NCBI GenBank assembly: GCA_043816305.1
Contig: JBDRHZ010000012.1
Span: 55,701-119,700 of the forward strand
Length of the DNA: 64,000 nucleotides
From: Patescibacteria group bacterium
Lineage (GTDB): Bacteria > Patescibacteriota > Dojkabacteria > JAHIVN01
Reading direction: 5' to 3'
The notes under the pieces are model-generated. The model was not told where the DNA came from. It was given only the letters and a program-made list of their open reading frames with translations, and ran no database searches. This document shows positions 38,629-47,374 of the stretch, piece after piece; the stretch's first letter is position 1; each line of letters starts with the position of its first letter. The translations under genes were made by a program, and so were the position numbers.

Positions 38629-40204
38629 ATATTATATCTACTGTAGAAAATCAACAGACGAAAATAACAGACAAGTTCAGTCTATTCAAGCACAGGAAAC
38701 CGAACTGCTTCAATTTGCCGAAAAAGAAGATCTTGAAGTTATTGAAATATTTCGAGAATCTAAAACCGCAAAACAACCCGGAAGAGAAATATTCAATAAA
38801 ATGTTAATGCAGATGGAACAGGGAAAAGCTGAGGGAATACTTGCATGGCATCCTGACAGACTTGCTAGAAACTCGGTAGATGGAGGAAAAGTCATCTTTA
38901 TGATGGATCAGGGCCTAATTAAAGATCTAAAATTTCCCACATACTGGGTAGATACCTCACCTCAAGGGAAATTCACACTTAGTCTTGCTTTTGGACAATC
39001 GAAATACTATATCGACAACTTGAGTCAGAACGTTAAACGAGGGCAAAGGGAAAAGCTTAGACGTGGAGAATGGCCTACTATGGCTATTCTCGGGTACAAA
39101 AATGATTTAGTGAAAAAGAAAATCTTACCAGATCCAAGAACTTTCCCTCTTATTAAAAGACTTTTTGATGAATATGCAAAAGGAAGATATTCCCTACGAG
39201 AAATGTCAGAAGAAGCTTACAAGTGGGGACTAACAAGTAAATTTGGGACAAAACTCACAAAAAGCGTAGTTCAGAGGATACTCGTAAATCCTTTCTATAT
39301 GGGAATTATGATCTATGGTGGTAAAAAGTATAAAGGTATACATAAAAAAGCTATTAATACAGGTACTTTTCTTCAAGTTCAAAAGGTATTAAAAAATCGT
39401 GGTAAACCTACTGATTATAAGAAAGAGAAAAAGAACTTCCCATTCACCGGACTTATTAAATGTGCTGAATGTGGCTGTTCTATCACAGCTGAAGAGCAGA
39501 AAGGACATACTTATTATCGTTGTACCAAGAAAAAAGGGAAATGCAATCAAAAATATGTACGATCTGAAGAAGTCGAAAGTAAGGTTAGCGAAATACTAAA
39601 GAATATTGCCGTAGATGATGAAGTCTTTAAGCTAATGATTATGGCATTAAAACAAGGACAAGATAATGACTATGAAGTACACAAAAGCAGTATAGACTTC
39701 TGGCAAAAAGAATATAACAGGATTGATGAGAAGAAAAAACGATTACTCAATTTGGTAACTGATGGGAAAATTTCAGAAGAGGATTTTGAGGAAAAGAAAA
39801 ATGAGCTTGAATGTGAGCAGTCAAATGTACAGGATAATATTGATGAAATAGAAAAGGTTGGAAATCAGTGGATCGAACAGCAGAAGAACCTCGCAATCAA
39901 TTGCTACAACGCCTTTCTTGTGTTTTCAAAAGGAGACGATACAGATAAGAAGCTAATACTCCACTCAGTCGGCTCGAACTTTTTACTAAGTGGCAAAAAC
40001 ATAAGCTGGGACTGGATAGAACCCTTCGACATAATGGCTGGAAATACCAGCAGTACCAACTGGCGGAGAGACAGGGATTCGAACCCTGGATACTCTTTCG
40101 AGTATACTGACTCTCCAAGTCAGCGCATTCGACCACTCTGCCATCTCTCCAATAAAAAAATTCTAAAGATCCTTCCCCCTCCTTCGCAGGCTCTGGAGGA
40201 CTAA
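38612..40204 (+). CDS. Large serine recombinase whose C-terminus crosses the att site into antisense tRNA-Ser
   Basis: YCRKST, DRLARN, recombinase domain, Zn ribbon CAECG..YYRC..C, coiled coil; probable start ATG 38621. Confidence 0.93.
   Translation: MKIMLKYYIYCRKSTDENNRQVQSIQAQETELLQFAEKEDLEVIEIFRESKTAKQPGREIFNKMLMQMEQGKAEGILAWHPDRLARNSVDGGKVIFMMDQGLIKDLKFPTYWVDTSPQGKFTLSLAFGQSKYYIDNLSQNVKRGQREKLRRGEWPTMAILGYKNDLVKKKILPDPRTFPLIKRLFDEYAKGRYSLREMSEEAYKWGLTSKFGTKLTKSVVQRILVNPFYMGIMIYGGKKYKGIHKKAINTGTFLQVQKVLKNRGKPTDYKKEKKNFPFTGLIKCAECGCSITAEEQKGHTYYRCTKKKGKCNQKYVRSEEVESKVSEILKNIAVDDEVFKLMIMALKQGQDNDYEVHKSSIDFWQKEYNRIDEKKKRLLNLVTDGKISEEDFEEKKNELECEQSNVQDNIDEIEKVGNQWIEQQKNLAINCYNAFLVFSKGDDTDKKLILHSVGSNFLLSGKNISWDWIEPFDIMAGNTSSTNWRRDRDSNPGYSFEYTDSPSQRIRPLCHLSNKKILKILPPPSQALED
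40051..40066 (+). repeat. Right att junction
   Basis: cagtaccaactggcgg, overlapping the tRNA CCA end. Confidence 0.9.
40061..40150 (-). tRNA. tRNA-Ser (GGA)
   Basis: Acceptor GGAGAGA/TCTCTCC, anticodon stem CTGAC/GTCAG with TT-GGA-GA, long variable arm, T-loop TTCGAAT, encoded CCA. Confidence 0.97.
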
Positions 40205-40230
40205 TTCTACGCCAATGGCGGATTATTGAG

Positions 40231-40293
40231 CAAGTCAGGGCCGTTCGCCTGCCTGTCGAAGCTTCAGCGAAGACAGGACCACTCCATCTCTCC
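40231..40293 (-). pseudogene. Decayed copy of the tRNA-Ser 5' half, interrupted by a 30-bp palindromic element
   Basis: caagtcag..ttcg[cctgcctgtcgaagcttcagcgaagacagg]accactc-catctctcc compared with 40116-40150. Confidence 0.65.
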
Positions 40294-40525
40294 AAGTCTT
40301 AACGATTATAACATCTTAGAATGATACCTCAAAGTATAGAACTTTCAATGTCTGTAAAATGATAAAACTAGATGACTTCAATCTTTATCTGCTTCTCGTA
40401 TCAATCTTTTGGTCATTTGTTCAAAAATATTACTTGCAATATTCCGAGTTGATATATATTATTTACATAGAGAACTATATAGGGGGTATATGGGGCGGTA
40501 AATATTTTTTTATATATTTACTGTC

Positions 40526-41146
40526 ATGTTGCAGATATATCTTACAAGACATGGTCAAGACGAGGACAACGCAAAAGGTTTGTTAAATGGGCAAAGAGAT
40601 ACAGATCTTACTGAAACTGGGATAAGTCAGGCAAGAGAGCTTGCTCTCAAAATTCGAGAAAATAATATTCAGATTGACTATATATATTCGTCACCTCTAA
40701 GAAGGGCTTTTCATACAGCCCAGATAGCAGATTCACTTCTTGGCGGCACTAAAGGGGTTTTCGCTTCAGACGATCTGAAAGAACGTGATTTTGGCATTAT
40801 GACAGGAAGGTCGAAGGGGGAAATTGAAACATTCTGTTCACCAAACCTGCTTTCTACTGAAACGGTTTTATACTTTCTTAAACCTGAAGGGGGAGAGACT
40901 TATCCAGAACTGATTAAGAGGACTCAACGTATTCTTAGATTTATAAAATTCCTTCATTTCAATGAGAATGTATTAGTTGTTAGTCATGGAGATACAGCTA
41001 AAATGTTATATGCTTCATATTATAACCTTGATTGGAAAAAAACTCTGCAAATGTTCCATGTTGGAAATGCAGACCTTATCATGCTATCAGAAGAATCTCC
41101 TGTTGAAGAAACGCATATGCTTAAAATGAAACAGTATAATAACTAA
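40526..41146 (+). CDS. Histidine phosphatase family protein
   Basis: TRHGQ, SSPLRRA, ERDFG, VSHG. Confidence 0.92.
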   Translation: MLQIYLTRHGQDEDNAKGLLNGQRDTDLTETGISQARELALKIRENNIQIDYIYSSPLRRAFHTAQIADSLLGGTKGVFASDDLKERDFGIMTGRSKGEIETFCSPNLLSTETVLYFLKPEGGETYPELIKRTQRILRFIKFLHFNENVLVVSHGDTAKMLYASYYNLDWKKTLQMFHVGNADLIMLSEESPVEETHMLKMKQYNN

Positions 41147-41301
41147 TAACTTTCAACCGTAACCCATAGACTATAATCCGTTATTAGTAATCATCAGGCA
41201 TCTTAATCACTTTAATCAGATCTATCTTTTCAATCTACAATCTGACGATCAATTGCCGGATGCAAATTAACAATGAGATTTCGATTACCAAGGATCGATT
41301 C

Positions 41302-42117
41302 TTATCCGCCTCCACTGGTATATGACCTAAGTCCGCTCTTCCATATCACTCTGCCGATGAATAGCCAAGCCACGGCAATAAGTGTAAATATAAGCAGTGT
41401 ATTCTGCGGTATTCTTCCAAGTAATAGCCCGACAGGAACTGCTCCAAACAAGACAAAGGGAACGGCATATACAAAAAGAATTTTCCAAGCTCCATGAAAT
41501 GCTGACATGGGTATTTTTGCAATCTCTGACAGAGATATAAATACCCAATATCCGTGGCTGATGTTTCCAGCCCAGAAGCTTATCGAAAAAACGGAAAGTA
41601 GTATGGAATAGTAAATAACTGACAGCAAGACGATGACATACAGCATTTCCGGAACTATTGAAGCATCTAAGATAAAATCTGTGTTTGACAGGCCATAGTA
41701 CATGAAGATTATGCCAATAACACATCTTGCCAGGTAAAACACATGAAAATTCTCAAGTGATATAAGAAATAGCGGACTGATTGGTTTTGCGAGATACTGG
41801 TCAAGCTCTCCGTTTGGCACTTTGCTTGCTATGTTTCGTACGTTATCAAGAAGGACACTTTTGAGAAGTGAGATCGTAAATGTAAATGCTCCAAAGATAG
41901 CTATTACTTCAAATCTTCCCCAGCCTGCTATACTGTCAAACTTTGAGAAAATTATCTCGATAAATACCCAGTAAGATAGTATCTCGATAATGCTTCCGGA
42001 TATCTGAGAAAGAAAATCGAGCCTGTAAGTCATTTCTGTACTTATTGAAGCCTTCATCAGTACGAAGTAGACTCTTAGGTGCTTAACGATTTTCCTGCTA
42101 ATTTCCGAAACTTTCAT
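41302..42117 (-). CDS. ABC-2 family permease
   Basis: GELDQYLAKP, GLRSYTSGGG; paralog of 3919-4734. Confidence 0.85.
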   Translation of the reverse strand: MKVSEISRKIVKHLRVYFVLMKASISTEMTYRLDFLSQISGSIIEILSYWVFIEIIFSKFDSIAGWGRFEVIAIFGAFTFTISLLKSVLLDNVRNIASKVPNGELDQYLAKPISPLFLISLENFHVFYLARCVIGIIFMYYGLSNTDFILDASIVPEMLYVIVLLSVIYYSILLSVFSISFWAGNISHGYWVFISLSEIAKIPMSAFHGAWKILFVYAVPFVLFGAVPVGLLLGRIPQNTLLIFTLIAVAWLFIGRVIWKSGLRSYTSGGG

Positions 42118-42892
42118 ATTTCTGTAAACCCTTTTTATATAAGATTCTACTCAAAATAATTAGTAATATCAGCCAAAGTACTTGTAGAAAATAGCCCAGG
42201 TATATTTGACTGTTTGAGATCAGGCTTTGAAATATCTCGATAGGAAAAGAGAATGTGTATCTGAAAGGAAGCAAGTATGCGGCTTTTTGGATCCCTAAAG
42301 GCATAAGCAATAAAGGGGCAATTGCTCCTCCAAAAATATAACTTGTCGTATTGTAAACTGTGTAAACTCCATCTACTTTTTGAAACCAATGAGTGAGATT
42401 TCCAATGATGAATTGAAGCAAGGCGAATATCAAAGTACTTAGAATGATCGAAGGTAACGAGATGATCAAATGGATAAGCGAGAACTCGATGCTTAAGTTG
42501 CCTGAAAAAACTAAAAAGAATAAGATCAGAATTGGTATACCCGAAATAAGTCCAAAGGTTTTCCAGCCTTGTTCAAGAAGTATATCTTTAGCGTAGGGGA
42601 AGATCGGTTTCAGCAATGTGTTTGAAAGCTCTCCGCGTCTGATTGAATTTGAGATCAAGTGCCAAAAAGTGCCTCCTATGATGTACCAGGTGATGAAAAG
42701 GTAAAAATAGTATGTTATGACTTGAGATATAGTCATCGAGCCGATAGAGTCATGGCCTTTTGAAACGATCAGCCATGTAAAGGCCATGACAAAGCTTTCT
42801 GAGGCTCCTACCAATATCCAGATAAATGTTTTACCAGCATCAGAAAACATGTCCTGGACTGAGATTTTGTAAAGATGAATGTACTTATGCAT
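42098..42892 (-). CDS. ABC-2 family permease
   Basis: IRRGELSNTLLKP, EQGWK, LPFRYTFSFP; paralog of 4715-5503. Confidence 0.85.
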   Translation of the reverse strand: MHKYIHLYKISVQDMFSDAGKTFIWILVGASESFVMAFTWLIVSKGHDSIGSMTISQVITYYFYLFITWYIIGGTFWHLISNSIRRGELSNTLLKPIFPYAKDILLEQGWKTFGLISGIPILILFFLVFSGNLSIEFSLIHLIISLPSIILSTLIFALLQFIIGNLTHWFQKVDGVYTVYNTTSYIFGGAIAPLLLMPLGIQKAAYLLPFRYTFSFPIEIFQSLISNSQIYLGYFLQVLWLILLIILSRILYKKGLQKYESFGN

Positions 42893-43134
42893 GCCCTTTG
42901 TGAATAATGATTCCCGTATTATACAAGTGTTTTCAGGTTACATGCAATGTGAAGAAATAATGATCCGTTAACAATGACCCCGCCATAGGCGGGCAGGCAA
43001 TAACTAATTTATAGTCATTTATAATTACCAGTGACCTACATCTAACATCTAACACTTAACATTTAACATATTGCTTTGTTACTTCCTCTGTCCTTGTAAT
43101 TAAAAAAATAAGAAGATAACATCAAGGTAATGCT

Positions 43135-44295
43135 ATGAGTATAAAACTATCGCGAGATCAAAAGCTGGCACTCGAAAGTCTGCTTGACTGGTACAAAGAT
43201 AAGAATAAGAACCAGTTTATCACATTGGGCGGCTATGCCGGGACTGGTAAGACTACGCTTATCTCTGCATTTAGAAAAAAGCTGTATCAAGCAAAGAAAA
43301 AGGCAAAGGTGGCCTTTGTCACTTATACAGGTAAAGCTTCAAGGGTACTCGACACAAAGTTAAAAGAGGTAGGAGGTGTTTTCAAAGGAGACTTTGTAGG
43401 GACTATTCATTCACTGATTTATTCTCCTGTAACAAACGATAACGAGGAGATCGTAGGCTGGGAGCTGAAGGAGGATGTGAAGTGTGATCTGATAATAATT
43501 GATGAGGCTTCCATGGTCAACAGCGAAATCTGGTCTGACCTGATTTCATACAAAATCCCGATCATAGCAGTTGGTGATCATGGCCAGCTGCCTCCTATCG
43601 AAGGACGATTTAACCTGCTTGAGCGACCTGACATTCTCTTGGAACAAATTCATCGGCAAGCCGAGGGAAACCCCATCATACAGATATCTATATGTGCCAG
43701 GCGTGATGGAAGAATTCCGTTTGGCCGTTTTGGCGACAGTGTCAAAAAAATAGGAAGAGATGATGATGAGGTGGGTGAACTACTGGAAGGAGTAGGCGAG
43801 GATACGATGGTTCTCTGCGGATACAACAATACTCGCGTAAAACTCAATCAGCACATTCGAGCAAATATGGGCTTTGAAACAGATATGCCAGAGTCTGGTG
43901 ATCGGGTGATCTGTCTTCGGAACAATCATGTTACGAGAATTTATAACGGCATGCTGGGAAACCTGGATACATTTCAAAAGGGTGATGATGAGGAGTGGTA
44001 TCTGGCGGAAATAAATTTCGATGATGGAGGTGATTTTAAGGGTTTGATATACCTGAAGCAGTTCAATAGTCCAGTTCCCTTCAACTTTACAAGTCAAAGA
44101 CGCAAGGTGATGAAAGGCGATCTTTTTGATTTCGGCTATGCATTGACGGTTCACAAGGCGCAAGGCGGCCAGGCAAGAAGGGTGATATTGTTCGAAGAAC
44201 GGTTTCGTCAGATGGATGACGAGATGTGGAGACGGTGGCTGTATACGGGAGTAACTAGGGCAGAGGAGGAACTATATCTAGTCGGTAATTCGTAG
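43135..44295 (+). CDS. RecD/Dda-like SF1B helicase
   Basis: GYAGTGKT, IIDEASM, GDHGQLPP, YALTVHKAQG, LYTGVTRA. Confidence 0.92.
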   Translation: MSIKLSRDQKLALESLLDWYKDKNKNQFITLGGYAGTGKTTLISAFRKKLYQAKKKAKVAFVTYTGKASRVLDTKLKEVGGVFKGDFVGTIHSLIYSPVTNDNEEIVGWELKEDVKCDLIIIDEASMVNSEIWSDLISYKIPIIAVGDHGQLPPIEGRFNLLERPDILLEQIHRQAEGNPIIQISICARRDGRIPFGRFGDSVKKIGRDDDEVGELLEGVGEDTMVLCGYNNTRVKLNQHIRANMGFETDMPESGDRVICLRNNHVTRIYNGMLGNLDTFQKGDDEEWYLAEINFDDGGDFKGLIYLKQFNSPVPFNFTSQRRKVMKGDLFDFGYALTVHKAQGGQARRVILFEERFRQMDDEMWRRWLYTGVTRAEEELYLVGNS

Positions 44296-45108
44296 GCATT
44301 CGATTTTACTTGCAGTCCTTTTTACAGAAGTAACGTAGAAAATGCGGAAAAAGTTTTTACGGAAGGCTTTAACCGGATTAGGAAAGAATACGATTTGCGA
44401 AAAGTAAAGTATTGCTATGCAGGTATAAGCGGCTGCCAAGGAGATCCCCGCTATAATTCCCAACTTGAAAATCTGCTGAAAAAATGGGTATCAAATTGTA
44501 AGACAGAGGGAGACTTGTATTCAAGCTTTCGATCCTTATCTGAGAATGAAACAGGAATGCTGGCTATATCAGGATCCGGCACTGCAGTTGTATCATTCCT
44601 TGAAGACAGAACCGAAATATTTAGCGGTATAGGAGTAGGTGGAAAGGATTATGCTTATGGTGTTGAGTATTTGCTGATGAAGGGTACAATTAAGCCTGAC
44701 TCAAAAGTTGGCAGGACAATTCTCAAGGATATCAAGCTTGAAGAGATAGAGTCAAAATTTCATGGTCGAGTTGGCCTTAATAATGAAATCCTAAATTCAA
44801 TTACTCAGATACTAGCGGAAGCTTCAAAGAAAGATCAGGGTCTCACAAAGGAACTAGAAACCTTGAGCGATCTTTTTATAGCAAGGTGGCTCTATAAGAT
44901 TACTGGTCATATCTACAAGTTCAACTTCAATGAGAAGAAATCGTTTGACCTTGTGCTGTCTGGGAGCATGTGGAAATGGGACCAATTGAGAAACGAGGTA
45001 ATTCAGAACCTAGGAAAATCAGCCCCGAATGCAAATGTTATCTATGATCCTCTGGTGAAACCAGTTGAGGGGTGTGTGAAGATAGCGGTGAAAGAAAACA
45101 GCAAATAG
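44296..45108 (+). pseudogene. 5'-truncated BadF/BadG/NAG-kinase-like ATPase
   Basis: YAGISG, EGD, AISGSGT, LVLSGSM motifs present; N-terminal GIDGG phosphate-1 motif and an upstream ATG absent. Confidence 0.5.
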
Positions 45109-45249
45109 TGAAATAGTAAAGTAGTGAATAGTGCATTCATTGTAAATTTATCAAGCCCATCCGCTCACCAGCCCCTTAGCTTATCATCCTATCAGCCACT
45201 CCCGATTTAAAGCTATTGACCAAGCTCCTGAAAATAGTAAAATGGATCT

Positions 45250-45573
45250 ATGGGAGGTAAAATATTTTTTCACAAACTCAAGAAAATTGTTTCGTTAAGA
45301 TGGATTCTTTTGACTATTGTCTTGTTCGCTACAATAGGTTATCACTTCAACATCCCGTTACCGACTGTCGAAACTACTGATGTAGAATGTCCTCAGGTAC
45401 TAGTCACTGGGGATAACGGTCAGGTATATTATGAAGAATCTATGTGTGGAGACGCAAAGAAATTACTTGTTGTGAATACAGCGGTAAATATTGTTGTCTG
45501 GCTGCTGGTAGCGCTCATCTTAGACCACTTCATCTTCCGGCTTGTTCTTGGACGAAATAATCATCTGATTTAG
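45250..45573 (+). CDS. Hypothetical 2-TM protein
   Basis: Two hydrophobic segments flanking a Cys-pair loop. Confidence 0.6.
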   Translation: MGGKIFFHKLKKIVSLRWILLTIVLFATIGYHFNIPLPTVETTDVECPQVLVTGDNGQVYYEESMCGDAKKLLVVNTAVNIVVWLLVALILDHFIFRLVLGRNNHLI

Positions 45574-45681
45574 GTTCGTCTATTTCATACTCTGTACCGC
45601 GGCTTTTAAACACGGAAAAAAAGACATTAAAATCAGGAGTTGATTTGATAGGAAAGCTTTAAGAGGTTTGAGAACAACCTT

Positions 45682-46638
45682 CTACAAGAAGTTTATTATC
45701 TGATTATACCAGTTTGTTGCCATTATTGAGTACCCCGTTGTATTTGGATGGAAGCTGTCTGACATAAGCGAGGGCTTTGCTTGTCCGGTCCCGCTGTCAT
45801 AGAATGAGCTCCAATTGGTAGTAAAGTGTTTGTCATACCCAGAAAGGTTTGTCTGCAATTGTGAGTTGTAATAGGCGACACCTGCTGATCCAAGTACTCC
45901 TTCATAAGTGTTTGGAATGAAGGCTGAAATTATCAGTTTGGGTGTTGATTTGTCTGGATTCTGGTGAGACTTTACTGTGCTTATGATGCTCTGAACCTCA
46001 GATGTGGTTTGTGCTACGACTTGAAGAAACTTCTCAGGAGTTTGAGGCTCTGTCTCTTGCTTTAGATCATTTCCACCGATCAATAGAAGAACGAAATCAG
46101 GGTCATATGTATCAATCCAACTATTTACGCTTCCCAAAACTTGATCTGCACGCCAGCCTCCCACTCCTTTATTTATGATATTGAAATCATATTGAGCGAA
46201 TGCTGCTTTGAGTTTTGAATCTAACCTCGAGGGGTATGTATTACTGCTTCCGCCGTATGGTGTACCATACGTGATACTGTCACCTAGACATAAGATTGTT
46301 ATAGTTTCGAGCTGAGGTTTAGGTTCTAGAGTCTGTGGCGATATTTGATCAGTTGCTTCCTCATCCCCTTGATCTTCTATATTGGGCTGAGATGTTGAGG
46401 ACGTAGTGGTTTTTATTTTTACAGGTTCTTTATTCGGAGTGCCTAATTCCTCATTGGAATACAAAGATGGTTCTCCCGACGCCTCCGATATTTGGTCATA
46501 AGAAGTGCTTTCGTCTGTGAGATAATTTTCTTTGATTGACTCGGCAAATTGCAAAGTGTTGTAAATATTGAACGCTGCAAATACTGTGAGTACTAGGAAG
46601 ATGATGCATAGAAATATGCTGTGGGCAGTAATTTTCAT
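45682..46638 (-). CDS. SGNH/GDSL hydrolase, membrane-anchored
   Basis: GDSIT, NKGVGG, GGND, DSFHPN. Confidence 0.9.
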   Translation of the reverse strand: MKITAHSIFLCIIFLVLTVFAAFNIYNTLQFAESIKENYLTDESTSYDQISEASGEPSLYSNEELGTPNKEPVKIKTTTSSTSQPNIEDQGDEEATDQISPQTLEPKPQLETITILCLGDSITYGTPYGGSSNTYPSRLDSKLKAAFAQYDFNIINKGVGGWRADQVLGSVNSWIDTYDPDFVLLLIGGNDLKQETEPQTPEKFLQVVAQTTSEVQSIISTVKSHQNPDKSTPKLIISAFIPNTYEGVLGSAGVAYYNSQLQTNLSGYDKHFTTNWSSFYDSGTGQAKPSLMSDSFHPNTTGYSIMATNWYNQIINFL

Positions 46639-46649
46639 AGTTATTTGCG

Positions 46650-46934
46650 TTATAGCTTTGATTTTCTTTCTATGAGGATAGCCTTTCCTTCAATTAGGGC
46701 TTTTGTTATCTTTTCCATTGCCTTTACAAAATCTCTTTGATACTGGCTTTGCGAGATTCCCATCTGTTTAGAAGCTGTATGCTGGTCTAGATCGTTTACA
46801 AATCTGAGTCGAAGTGTTTCAAGCTCCTCATCAGTTACCTTAACTTCATCGAGCGCAGTCATGGGTATTCCTCTCGGCTTGAAATAGTAATCGTTGAATG
46901 TATGTTGAAGTCTTCTTCTGATTCTTCTTCTCAT
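46650..46934 (-). CDS. DUF134 family DNA-binding protein
   Basis: YFKPRGIP, EELETLRL, MGISQ, ALIEGKAI. Confidence 0.88.
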   Translation of the reverse strand: MRRRIRRRLQHTFNDYYFKPRGIPMTALDEVKVTDEELETLRLRFVNDLDQHTASKQMGISQSQYQRDFVKAMEKITKALIEGKAILIERKSKL

Positions 46935-46996
46935 TTTATATTGAAAGCTAACAATTAATTATAGCAACAATTTATCACTGAGTCGATCAAATAGGG

Positions 46997-47023
46997 AAGC
47001 GATCCCGCAGAGCGGGATCGCTT
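46997..47023. terminator. GC-rich hairpin (terminator or REP-like)
   Basis: aagcgatcccgc-aga-gcgggatcgctt. Confidence 0.5.
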
Positions 47024-47044
47024 GAATTTGTAGCTCTTATAAAA

Positions 47045-47269
47045 CTACCTGCAAAATGCTCCTCTCAACGGAGTTTTGCACTTGGGACACTTTGTTTGCG
47101 AACAAGGTGTTCCTCGCTTATGAGGTTCTTTGTGGCCGCACTTTGGACACTCACATTCATTTGTTCCTCCTAGTCCTGCTCTTGCTCCGGTAGCTATTTT
47201 TTTTCTACCTCTAGCAAATCCTGTCCCAGGACCTTGTCCGCGCGGGCCTGTACCATTTCTTGCTGGCAT
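47045..47269 (-). CDS. DUF5320-like Gly-rich Zn-ribbon small protein
   Basis: MP..GTGP.GQGPGTG; CECPKCG..H.RG.PC..CPKC. Confidence 0.75.
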   Translation of the reverse strand: MPARNGTGPRGQGPGTGFARGRKKIATGARAGLGGTNECECPKCGHKEPHKRGTPCSQTKCPKCKTPLRGAFCR

Positions 47270-47374
47270 GATTTACCTCCTTAAATAAAAATATTAAATA
47301 GGGTAATAACCCAACACTATATTAACACATCTCTTATGATGGGTCAATACCCAGTCAATTGTAAGGATTGCTGT

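Larger units (their letters stand above)
9764..40066. mobile_element. Integrative conjugative element (~30.3 kb) in tRNA-Ser(GGA)
   Basis: Flanking direct repeat, serine recombinase, CI/Cro, VirB4, VirD4, VirB6, relaxase; no virion genes. Confidence 0.9.

Noticed and set aside
9764-40066. Prophage (CI/Cro, integrase, initiator present)
   Set aside because: No terminase, portal, capsid, tail or holin genes; conjugation genes are present instead.
39897-40295. 132-aa minus-strand ORF
   Set aside because: It is a translation across tRNA-Ser and its ghost copy, antisense to the recombinase.
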